From a virus (taxonomy: Duplodnaviria; Heunggongvirae; Uroviricota; Caudoviricetes), in IMG/VR virus record IMGVR_UViG_2693429555_000018: DNA of 17,481 bases. The stretch is one strand, 5' to 3'. Of the stretch, positions 8,661 to 16,728 are shown piece after piece; position 1 is the stretch's first letter; each line of letters begins with the position of its first letter. A program made the translations under genes and the position numbers. The notes beneath the pieces are model-generated. The model ran no database searches and was not told where the DNA came from. It was given only the letters and a program-made list of their open reading frames with translations.

Positions 8661-9331
8661 TTACCCATATAGCTCATAAACATCTCAATCGTGCCGTATA
8701 CGAAAAAGGCGGTGATGGTGGTGCCTCTAAAGCTCAGGCGAAGGCCCAGCAGCAGGCAATTGATTTGCAGCGCGAGCAGTGGAATACGGTGATGAATAAT
8801 CTCAAGCCGTATGCAGAAGTCGGATTGCCTGCTTTACAACAACTACAAGGACTGATGACTCTGGAAGGGCAGAATAAAGCCGCGAATGATTTCTTTGGTT
8901 CTGGTTTATATAAAACACAGGCAGATCAGGCCCGTTATCAGAACCTTGTCTCAGCAGAAGCTACCGGGGGGCTTGGCTCAACAGCTACCAGTAACCAGTT
9001 ATCTTCCATTGCGCCCATGCTTTATAACAATTGGCTTAGTGGGCAAATGCAAAATTATGGAAACCTGCTAAATGTCGGGATGAATGCGGCATCAGGGCAG
9101 GCAACAGCAGGGCAAAACTACGCCAATAATACCGGACAACTCTTGCAGGGGCTTGGCGCTATTCGTGCAGGTCAGGCGCAGCAGCCATCCAGTCTTGCGC
9201 GTGGTATTGGTGGGGCGGCATCAGGCGCTTTAGCGGGTGCGCAACTTGGTTCCGTTGTTCCGGGTATAGGTAATGTCGCCGGGGCTATTGGTGGTGGGCT
9301 TATTGGTCTTGTTGGGGGGCTTGGATTCTAA
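8654..9331 (+). CDS. putative phage DNA-ejection (transfer) protein, P22 gp7-like
   Basis: 225 aa; GTG start at 8654 overlapping the upstream stop; Gly-rich hydrophobic C-terminus (GIGGAASGALAGAQLG...GGLIGLVGGLGF). Size and position fit gp7 (~229 aa) in the P22 order 14-7-20-16. Synteny inference, not an alignment. Confidence 0.55.
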   Translation: MLITHIAHKHLNRAVYEKGGDGGASKAQAKAQQQAIDLQREQWNTVMNNLKPYAEVGLPALQQLQGLMTLEGQNKAANDFFGSGLYKTQADQARYQNLVSAEATGGLGSTATSNQLSSIAPMLYNNWLSGQMQNYGNLLNVGMNAASGQATAGQNYANNTGQLLQGLGAIRAGQAQQPSSLARGIGGAASGALAGAQLGSVVPGIGNVAGAIGGGLIGLVGGLGF

Positions 9332-10752
9332 TGGCGACATGGCAACTTGGCGGGCTGCCTAGCATGGTACCGCAAAATGATAATGCTCCTCGTTCTTCCG
9401 TTCCTCAGCCTGTGCAGTTTCAGCAGCAGCCAAACGTAGGTTTAATGGCGCTACAGGGGCTAAGAGGCGTTGCTGAGATTAATCAGCAGGCACGTCAACA
9501 ACAGCGTAAAGCAGAGTTTCAGAAAGCATATGCCGGGGCTTTTGAGTCTGGAGACAGAAACAAAATGCGCAGTCTTATTTCTGAGTATCCAGAAGAATTT
9601 GAAAGCGTTCAGAAAGGGATGGGCTTTATTGATGACGACCAGAGAAATTCTATTGGTCATCTTGCGACTAGTGCTCAAATCGCATCTTCGCTCGGAACTG
9701 GGGCATTTGGAAAATTCATAGCAGATAACGAAGATGAAATGCGTCGCTTGGGAATTTCTCCTGAGTCTGTTGCCGAAATGCATGTTAATGATCCACAGGA
9801 ATTCCAGCGGCTTGCTGGTAGTATGGCACTGTTTTCTCTCGGTCATGAGAAGTACTTCGATATCAAAGATCGAATGGAAGGTCGGGATATTGAGCGTGGC
9901 AAGTTGGCAGAGACAATCCGCAGCAATCAGGCTGGAGAGGCGCTTCAGGCGAGAGGGCAGGATATTAGCCGAGCAAATGCGTTAACGTCAGCATATGCAC
10001 CAACAGCCGCAATGCAGAATTACAATCAGTACGCGCAAATGTTAAAGGCGGATCCAGAGGGGGCAGCGGCATTTGCGGCAGCGGCTGGAATTAATACAAA
10101 CGCCAAAAAATTAATGAGTGTTAGGGAAAACGATGATGGCACTGTCACAAAATACTACACAGACGGAAGTGAAGAGCAGGGAAAACTAAACCAGCCAATA
10201 TCTGGAGATGGGTTTCGTCCAATAGCTTTGCCAACAGCCCAAAAGATCATGGAAAAGTCGCCAGAAGGGGCTAAAAAAGCTGCTGGATTTGCATACAGAG
10301 TTAGGGATGCTCTTGATTCAATGGATACACTGAAAGGCCAGCTTAGCCCACAGCGAGTGGCGATCATTAATAATGCTTTGGGTAATGGGACGCTGGCTAA
10401 CTTAACGCTCAGCCCAACAGAGCAGCAATACGTTGTTAATGCTAATGACGCAATAATGGCAATACTCCGTCAGGAAACAGGGGCAGCTATCGTACCTGCT
10501 GAAATGTCAAAATATTATCAAATGTATTTCCCTCAGCCTGGCGACTCCACAAAAACCATTGATACCAAGCGCCGGAAGATGGAAAACCAGTTCAATTCGC
10601 TGAAAGCTGCTTCTGGTCGAGCTTATGATGCTTTGCGTGTTATTTCAGCAGTTGACAGAGGAACTTCTTCTTCGTCGCAGACATTGCCGCAATCTGAGCA
10701 GGTATCACAGCCAGCAGCCAGCAGTAATTTTTCTTCACTATGGGGTGATTAA
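9331..10752 (+). CDS. putative phage DNA-ejection protein, P22 gp20-like
   Basis: 473 aa; TAATG overlap with the upstream gene. Size matches P22 gp20 (~471 aa) and the position matches. Confidence 0.6.
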   Translation: MATWQLGGLPSMVPQNDNAPRSSVPQPVQFQQQPNVGLMALQGLRGVAEINQQARQQQRKAEFQKAYAGAFESGDRNKMRSLISEYPEEFESVQKGMGFIDDDQRNSIGHLATSAQIASSLGTGAFGKFIADNEDEMRRLGISPESVAEMHVNDPQEFQRLAGSMALFSLGHEKYFDIKDRMEGRDIERGKLAETIRSNQAGEALQARGQDISRANALTSAYAPTAAMQNYNQYAQMLKADPEGAAAFAAAAGINTNAKKLMSVRENDDGTVTKYYTDGSEEQGKLNQPISGDGFRPIALPTAQKIMEKSPEGAKKAAGFAYRVRDALDSMDTLKGQLSPQRVAIINNALGNGTLANLTLSPTEQQYVVNANDAIMAILRQETGAAIVPAEMSKYYQMYFPQPGDSTKTIDTKRRKMENQFNSLKAASGRAYDALRVISAVDRGTSSSSQTLPQSEQVSQPAASSNFSSLWGD

Positions 10753-12857
10753 TGGCTAAAGCATGGAAAGATGTTATCGCCTCTCCACAGTATCAGGCGT
10801 TAGCACCAGAACAAAAAGTGCAGGCTCAGGAGCAATACTTCAATGAAGTCGTGGCCCCGCAAGCCGGAGAAAGTGTAGAGCAGGCTAAGCAGGCTTTTTA
10901 TGCTGCCTATCCACTACCATCTACGAATGAAATAGACCGCTCCCAATCAGCAACTCAAAATATTCAACATACATCATCTGATAATTCTCTTGCGTCAGGG
11001 TATGCAAAGTTAGCTACTCAGCAAAGAGAGGGGCTTGAGCGTTCAGCAGAACAGGGAGCCAGTCTTGGGACTGCGATGCGCGATGCTATAACAGGCGAAA
11101 GCCGAATGACTCCAGAGATGGAGAGACTGCAAAATGTCGCCTCTGCCCCAGAATTGAACTCACTAAGCATGGATGCCCTGAAGGCTGGATGGTCTCAACT
11201 TTTCGGCTCTGACGCGTCTCAGGAAAAGATTCTTCAGGGCATGGGGGCGACATTAAGGCAGGATGAGAAGGGGAATACTATCGTTTCTCTGCCATCAGGT
11301 GATTATGCCCTGAACAAGCCGGGTTTATCACCGCAAGACCTGACTTCGTTTCTGGCTAATGCGCTGGCGTTTACACCAGCGGGCAGGGCTGGAACGGTGC
11401 TTGGTGCCATAGGAAAATCAGCAGCTACAGATTTAGCACTACAGGGAGCCACCAGCAAGGCTGGTGGAGAAGATATTGATCCGTTACAAACGGTAATTTC
11501 TGCTGGCATTGGTGGTATTGGTAAGGGGCTGGAAAATACAGCGAGTGCGGTTTCGAGGGCTGTTCGTGGTGATATGTCGCCTGAAGCAAAGGCTGCTGTC
11601 GACTTTGCATCGGAAAGAAATCTGCCGTTAATGACCAGTGACATGCTGAAAGATAAAACCTTTATGCAGAGTCAGGCTCAGACATTAGGCGAAAGAGTTC
11701 CTTTTTTTGGAACCGGTAAGAATCGGCTGAATCAACAACAAGCACGAGAAAATTTAGTCAGAACATTTAGCGATGGTCTGGGTGGCATTTCTGATAAACA
11801 GCTTTATGAATCTGCGACTAAAGGGCAACAAAAATTCATTGAGGCAGCAGGAAAGCGATATAACCGCATAATTGACGCTATGGGGGATACCCCTGTCGAT
11901 CTCTCAAACACGGTAAAAACTATCGACAATCAGATTGCCGTGTTAAGCCGCCCTGGCAAATCTCAGGATAGAGCCGCGGTAAAAGTCTTGCAGCAATTTA
12001 AAGACGATATCACCAGCGGACCAAATGACCTGCGTCTGGCGAGGGAAAACAGAACCGATCTTCGAAAGCGATTTATAGCGTCATCTGACACTGTTGATAA
12101 AGATACGCTCCAGAAAGCCAGCGATATTATCTACAAGGCATATACGGCGGATATGAAAAAAGCCGTAGCCAAAAATCTTGGAGCAGACGAAGCCATTAAT
12201 ATGGCAAGGGTTGATCGCTCATGGTCTAAATTCAATGACATGATGGGAAGAACGCGCGTTCAAAAGGCAATAGCCAGCGGCAAGGCCACGCCTGAGGATG
12301 TAACAAAACTCGTTTTTAGCCAAAGCCCATCAGAACGTTCTCAGCTTTACAGGCTTCTGGATGACAATGGTAGGCAAAACGCACGAGCAGCTATAGTTCA
12401 GAATGCTGTAGATAAGGCGACTGATCCGTCTGGAAATATCAGTGTTGAGAAGTTTATTAATGCGTTACACCGGAACAGGAAGCAATCAGCAACTTTCTTT
12501 AAAGGCGTACATGGAAAGGAACTGGACGGCGTTATTAAATACCTCAACGATACAAGACACGCGGCAAAAGCGAACGTTCAAAACTTAAATGGTCAGCAGC
12601 TTTATGGATTGTTAGTTGGTGGTGGCATCATAAACGCAGCAGTATTGGCGGGGATGCTAAAAACGGCTGCGTTTGTTGTTCCTGCTGCTGGTGCCGTAGG
12701 CGGAGCAGCGAAGGCATACGAAAGCCCTGTTATACGAAATGCCTTGTTACGTCTGGCAAATACGCCAAAAGGTAGCACAGCATATGACAGAGCGATCAGT
12801 ACGGTCACACAATCGCTCACCAGAGTCGCACAGGCATCACAAAAAGAAGCTCAATAA
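10752..12857 (+). CDS. putative phage DNA-ejection protein, P22 gp16-like
   Basis: 701 aa; TAATG overlap with the upstream gene; hydrophobic, Gly/Ala-rich C-terminal region (GLLVGGGIINAAVLAGMLKTAAFVVPAAGAVGGAAKAY). Third gene of the coupled trio, in the gp16 position; followed by a terminator. Confidence 0.6.
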   Translation: MAKAWKDVIASPQYQALAPEQKVQAQEQYFNEVVAPQAGESVEQAKQAFYAAYPLPSTNEIDRSQSATQNIQHTSSDNSLASGYAKLATQQREGLERSAEQGASLGTAMRDAITGESRMTPEMERLQNVASAPELNSLSMDALKAGWSQLFGSDASQEKILQGMGATLRQDEKGNTIVSLPSGDYALNKPGLSPQDLTSFLANALAFTPAGRAGTVLGAIGKSAATDLALQGATSKAGGEDIDPLQTVISAGIGGIGKGLENTASAVSRAVRGDMSPEAKAAVDFASERNLPLMTSDMLKDKTFMQSQAQTLGERVPFFGTGKNRLNQQQARENLVRTFSDGLGGISDKQLYESATKGQQKFIEAAGKRYNRIIDAMGDTPVDLSNTVKTIDNQIAVLSRPGKSQDRAAVKVLQQFKDDITSGPNDLRLARENRTDLRKRFIASSDTVDKDTLQKASDIIYKAYTADMKKAVAKNLGADEAINMARVDRSWSKFNDMMGRTRVQKAIASGKATPEDVTKLVFSQSPSERSQLYRLLDDNGRQNARAAIVQNAVDKATDPSGNISVEKFINALHRNRKQSATFFKGVHGKELDGVIKYLNDTRHAAKANVQNLNGQQLYGLLVGGGIINAAVLAGMLKTAAFVVPAAGAVGGAAKAYESPVIRNALLRLANTPKGSTAYDRAISTVTQSLTRVAQASQKEAQ

Positions 12858-12860
12858 CTG

Positions 12861-12885
12861 GTTAGCCACGGATGGCTAATTTTTG
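12861..12885 (+). terminator. rho-independent terminator after the gp16-like gene
   Basis: Stem TTAGCCA (12862-12868) / TGGCTAA (12873-12879), loop CGGA, then TTTTTG (12880-12885). Overlaps the 3' end of the convergent membrane-protein gene. Confidence 0.45.
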
Positions 12886-13352
12886 TTCTTTGCTCTCATC
12901 CACAGGTAAAGAAGGGCAAGAACAAGACAAAAAACAGAGAATAGATGACCTACCTCATATGGTGCGCCAAAAAAATTAGCTATTGATACGGGCAAAAAAG
13001 CTGAAGCGATCAAAATTGAAAGGCAAAAAATAAGCCCAGTAATATAGTTTATTAAATTCTTAAATGAGAAATGTTTTGCTTGATTTACGGTCTTAGCGAA
13101 TGATCGCTTAACGACGGATAAAAGCAAATAGATGGCGACAGTTGCTAATGCCCCTTTCCACCAGTCTGGATATAGTTTTGCGACAATCAGACCAAGGAAA
13201 ACCATGATGACAGCCTGAGCATTCACACCAACCCTCCCTTTAGCGTTGTTTAGAATGGCAATCATCATATATCCAAGACATGGCATTTGGTACATAGCTT
13301 GGGTCGGGATTTCAAATCCGATCCCCGTTGATGGGGCCGTTACAGTACGCAC
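12876..13352 (-). CDS. small integral membrane protein in the P22 SieA position (candidate superinfection-exclusion protein)
   Basis: Minus-strand ORF convergent with the gp16-like gene, as sieA is in P22. Strongly hydrophobic, multi-helix product (…MMIAILNNAKGRVGVNAQAVIMVFLGLIVAKLYPDWW…LLYLWMRAKNKN). Start uncertain: 13352 is GTG; in-frame ATGs at 13295, 13286 and 13268 are alternatives. Confidence 0.5.
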   Translation of the reverse strand: MRTVTAPSTGIGFEIPTQAMYQMPCLGYMMIAILNNAKGRVGVNAQAVIMVFLGLIVAKLYPDWWKGALATVAIYLLLSVVKRSFAKTVNQAKHFSFKNLINYITGLIFCLSILIASAFLPVSIANFFGAPYEVGHLFSVFCLVLALLYLWMRAKNKN

Positions 13353-14259
13353 ATATCCGCTTTATGTGAAACAGGAAGATTTTTCTGATATCACTGCCAC
13401 AGCAAAACACCAATTTCGAGACAAGTACGCGTGCGAGGGGTATCAGTTGCAAAAAATTTTGCAACTACGTCCGACCAGTATGCACACGATGGCGGGGGGA
13501 TACCATAAAACTGTTCTCTACATGAGACAGAGTGGTGGTGATGTGTTGATTATCGGCGTATATGCGCACAGGACGCGCTATGACGATGTTTTATGCGGGT
13601 ACACCAATCACATGTATCTGGTGTGATAAATCGCGTTACATGACCTCTTATGTTGTGCTGGTGGTTATCACGACGTTCTGAATCTGGCCTTTGCCTGGTA
13701 TTTTGCGACAAGTACGCGCGCGTAGCATCGAAATAATCGGATGGCGTATACTGCTGGTAATATGAAGACCGATAGCATTAACCGAAAGGAGAAAGACTTC
13801 TCGATAACGGCAAGGGGGCTGAATTGCGAGGCGAGATTAAGCAACTGTCTTGAACGTAAAAATCATGGAGCAACATGATGGTACGATTCATTCCATTCTT
13901 CGTTCTTTCTGAGCATTGCGTTCAGGCTTAGTCAAAATTAGTGTTGCGAGCGGACCTATTAGTAATTGTTGGTGCGATGCGCCTGTTATGGATTGTTATG
14001 GTTGTGGCAGGCCTGATTAATATCCAGTATGACCACCAGCTATGAGAGGCCACCTCAGTGGTTCGCAGTTGCAGGTTTGCACTCAGGTTCGCAGGGTTTT
14101 GGCTACTTTCACGTGCGAACCTGCAGAATTGCAAAGGACAACTAAGTCCTCTGGCCAACTCCCGGTTTATGAGCGACACAGTCCGCCTGGCGCATCGTTT
14201 TCGTCGAGTGCGCCCATCAGCTTGTCCATGGACTATCCACCACTCGATATTAAAGCTAA

Positions 14260-14445
14260 TCATTGGTTGCCAGCCCGCGAATCAAGTTTGTTCTGGATCC
14301 AAGCTTCAACCTCCTCAAGCGACCATCTAGCTGATCTACCAATTTTAACTGGCTGTGGAAACGTGCCCGTCTTAACCCATGAGTAGATTGCCGTTTTCTT
14401 GAAGCCCGTTCTGAGCATGACTTCGCTTAATTTGATAAGGCGCAT
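14260..14445 (-). CDS. alpA: AlpA-family regulator (second copy, opposite orientation)
   Basis: 61 aa; MRLIKLSEVMLRTGFKKTAIYSWVKTGTFPQPVKIGRSARWSLEEVEAWI is a textbook AlpA-family pattern. AGGAG-type SD upstream on the minus strand. Confidence 0.75.
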   Translation of the reverse strand: MRLIKLSEVMLRTGFKKTAIYSWVKTGTFPQPVKIGRSARWSLEEVEAWIQNKLDSRAGNQ

Positions 14446-14494
14446 AGAGGCTCCTCTGCTTTAGATTAAGCATAGTGACAATCTGGCTTTGGGC

Positions 14495-14529
14495 GGTATC
14501 CAAAAGCGAGGTATCCATGTTGGTATCCA
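14495..14529. promoter_or_regulatory. three GGTATCCA direct repeats in the alpA (-) upstream region
   Basis: GGTATCCA at 14495-14502, 14510-14517 and 14522-14529, 50-85 bp upstream of the minus-strand alpA start and inside the divergent intergenic region. Confidence 0.45.
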
Positions 14530-14697
14530 CCAAAACGCTGTTTACCAAAAAAGTTACCACCGGAACAGGACATTTTGAGCTGTAACTTAACACATAGCAT
14601 ATGGAGTTCACGCATAGACTTCACGCACAACGGCTCCGGCCAGTGAAGAATCACCCTGGCTGGCAATATAATGCCGATCACCATCAGAGGGGAATCC

Positions 14698-14889
14698 ATG
14701 ACACCACGAGAAATCGAGCTGCTGACCATCGCCAAGCTGGAGCATGACGGCCACCAGCTCAGCCCGGCAGAACTGCGGGAATTAAGGCGCCAGCTGGCAG
14801 AGGGCCCTGTAATAGCCAGGCGGCACCGCGAAATGATGACCAGCCACGCATATCGCTGGAGCAAACCAGCGCCGCTCCGTGCGCGGTGA
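14698..14889 (+). CDS. small hypothetical protein (63 aa)
   Basis: ATG 14698 preceded by AGAGGGG (5-nt spacing); MTPREIELLTIAKLEHDGHQLSPAELRELRRQLAEG... Divergent from alpA (-). The track start at 14671 lacks an RBS. Confidence 0.4.
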   Translation: MTPREIELLTIAKLEHDGHQLSPAELRELRRQLAEGPVIARRHREMMTSHAYRWSKPAPLRAR

Positions 14890-14963
14890 GCAGCACCTAA
14901 CCAGCACTAGACAAGCCCTGTGCTGGTGGATGTCCCTCATAATTAGCGGTTTTTAAACGGCGT

Positions 14964-15084
14964 GTTGGTTCACGGCCTCTTTTTGTTGGTTCAAAAATGG
15001 GGTGTGTTGGTTCACATTTTGCGAATAATCCTTTTAAAAACAATACTCTTTACAAATTGAACCAACTGAACCAACTGAACCAAC
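14964..15084. repeat. second iteron cluster, an inverted copy of the 7462-7572 ori-like region
   Basis: GTTGGTTCA at 14964-14972, 14985-14993 and 15006-15014; AT-rich spacer; three tandem TGAACCAAC at 15058-15066, 15067-15075 and 15076-15084. Bases 15037-15084 are the exact reverse complement of 7462-7510 (about 48 bp). Confidence 0.6.
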
Positions 15085-15120
15085 ACCTTTTTGCTTATCT
15101 ATATAGTCTGAGAGGCAGAA

Positions 15121-15408
15121 ATGATAAGGGACAGGAAAGCTGAAGAGCTGGAGTTAAAAGGGCTATGCCGGAGAGCTGCCACACGATGGGCAGAAGTCAT
15201 GACGCTGGCAGATGGCGATAAAGAACGTGAACATGCAGCAAACAGACGCTCTGAATATATCCGTAGGGCGGCACGCCCACCAGCAACTACAGACAGATTC
15301 GGAGACTTAAGACAGGCAGTTAAGCGAACGCATTCAGCTCTTGGTATGGATGAGGAAGCGAGAGGGTACTTCAGGCGTTATCGCGATAAAGATTGCCAGC
15401 TACGATAA
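15121..15408 (+). CDS. hypothetical basic protein (95 aa)
   Basis: ATG 15121 preceded by GAGAGG (15110-15115); Arg-rich product. No recognised motif. Confidence 0.5.
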   Translation: MIRDRKAEELELKGLCRRAATRWAEVMTLADGDKEREHAANRRSEYIRRAARPPATTDRFGDLRQAVKRTHSALGMDEEARGYFRRYRDKDCQLR

Positions 15409-15577
15409 AGCAAAGGAGGTGTCTTACTACAATGACCAAGCAAAACTGTCGTTGCTTTCGCATAGCATCAGCTAAAAGATCAAGACACCCAACATCGCAT
15501 TAATAAGTATAATCAATTTGCTTCTTTCAACATTTGCTATAGAGTTTTTGAACCTTAATGGTTTATGAGCATCTATA

Positions 15578-16342
15578 ATGACTACAACGGTATATGATCG
15601 TGTTAACGCCTTAGTAGCGACCGACTCTAGGTGGTCTGTTGATCTTAGCCCACATGGCTACGATGGTCATATCCTGTATATTGACGACACCGGCTTCGGT
15701 AAGCTAGCTCCACGAAATGATTTTGTTATGCTTTTAGCCGGTGATGGTCTTTTGATTCAGTTATGGAAGCATTGGTGGCGAGGAGACCTATCTCAACAAG
15801 AACCACCAGTTGTTTTACCTACTGGTCAATCGGTAAATTTACATATTGTGAAAAAATCAACTAATGAAGTGATTTTTGATAAAGGTCAAAAATTAGTTGT
15901 AAAAAATAACGAAACGGAAGAACTGTTCGCTGTCTTTACAGGCTCAGGATGCGGTGCTGCTGCGCAAAACTGGATGTATAGCCATTGCGCAAGATCAGCA
16001 ATTGAAGAATCTAAAAAGCTTGACCCATACACTGGCGGCACTGTACGTTTTTTAGACTTCAGGACTAACGCATCATTAGTAGAAGACTCTGTTTCAACCA
16101 TTAGCGAAGTAAACGAAGCTCTATTGCAGAGGGGGCTGATTATGGATACCAAAAACCCACATTCACCACACGTTTCTATCAGTGCACAAGAAGTTGCTGA
16201 AGTTCGTCAAATGCTGGTTAGTGGTTCAATTACCCCATGTGCACCAGTAGGCCAAAGAACCCAAGATTGGGATGACAACTCCAAATTGCGTTTAGCAAAT
16301 GCTATTCAGCGTATTCGTGAAGAAGAAGCACAAATGCGATAA
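15578..16342 (+). CDS. Ntn-hydrolase-like protein with HslV / proteasome-beta-type motifs
   Basis: 254 aa, visibly AT-richer than its neighbours. N-terminus MTTTV… (Thr after the initiator Met, as in HslV MTTIV… and archaeal beta TTTVG…). ALVATDSRWS resembles the proteasome-beta GVIVAADSRAT block (Asp17 region). LFAVFTGSGCGAAAQ resembles HslV LIAIGSGGPYAQAA. An ~80-aa C-terminal extension is present. Followed by a strong terminator. Confidence 0.6.
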   Translation: MTTTVYDRVNALVATDSRWSVDLSPHGYDGHILYIDDTGFGKLAPRNDFVMLLAGDGLLIQLWKHWWRGDLSQQEPPVVLPTGQSVNLHIVKKSTNEVIFDKGQKLVVKNNETEELFAVFTGSGCGAAAQNWMYSHCARSAIEESKKLDPYTGGTVRFLDFRTNASLVEDSVSTISEVNEALLQRGLIMDTKNPHSPHVSISAQEVAEVRQMLVSGSITPCAPVGQRTQDWDDNSKLRLANAIQRIREEEAQMR

Positions 16343-16360
16343 ATGGAATAAGTAAGCCTA

Positions 16361-16391
16361 AAAAGCTGCCTATCATACAGGCAGCTTTTTA
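16361..16391 (+). terminator. rho-independent terminator of the Ntn-hydrolase-like gene
   Basis: Stem AGCTGCCT (16364-16371) / AGGCAGCT (16379-16386), then TTTT (16387-16390), 19 bp after the stop codon. Confidence 0.6.
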
Positions 16392-16694
16392 GTCCGTTTC
16401 CCCATTCTATGTAAATACACTTCCTAAAAATAGCGATTAACTTACCTCTCACAATCAATTTCACGAGCAATACGCGTGCGCAGTACAACAAGCCTGAACA
16501 GGGTTACACACCTCGATCGTGAGCGATGTAGACAATGGCTTTTGACCAAAGCACCAGAAAAAACCGTGTACATAAGGGTGTACATAATCAAAAAAATCAT
16601 TAGAAAGAAATCAGCCACAATGCGGCATTGAAGCCAATACTCTACAAACAGATTCAGACTCGTAACACTAATTCTTACTTTTCAGCCTTCACAA

Positions 16695-16728
16695 ATGCCG
16701 CCCACTCAAACAGAGCGGCATTTTTCTT
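16695..16728 (+). terminator. terminator-like hairpin in the intergenic region upstream of dinD
   Basis: Stem ATGCCGC (16695-16701) / GCGGCAT (16715-16721), 13-nt loop, then TTTTCTT. No ORF ends immediately upstream, so what it terminates is unclear. Confidence 0.35.

Noticed and set aside
13246-13626. 126-aa + strand ORF (TTG start) overlapping the SieA-like gene start, whose C-terminal part (…GGDVLIIGVYAHRTRYDD…) faintly recalls a RelE/ParE-type toxin C-terminus
   Set aside because: Starts antisense within the membrane-protein gene, has no RBS, and runs through the 22-bp palindrome; the toxin-like resemblance is too weak to call. Could be a gene remnant.
14040-14130. GGTTCGCAG motifs resembling a tRNA T-arm (GGTTCGA…), i.e. 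a possible tRNA or att remnant
   Set aside because: No acceptor or anticodon stem could be built on either strand around the motif; the repeats instead form a simple hairpin. No tRNA called.
13928-14386. Track ORFs 13928..14263 (-), 14042..14386 (+) and 14058..14330 (+)
   Set aside because: They overlap each other and the alpA (-) gene, and sit on repeat and hairpin sequence; products are not protein-like.
14372-14864. Minus-strand ORFs 14372..14611 and 14466..14864
   Set aside because: They span the alpA promoter/repeat region or lie antisense to ORF 14698..14889; low-complexity products.
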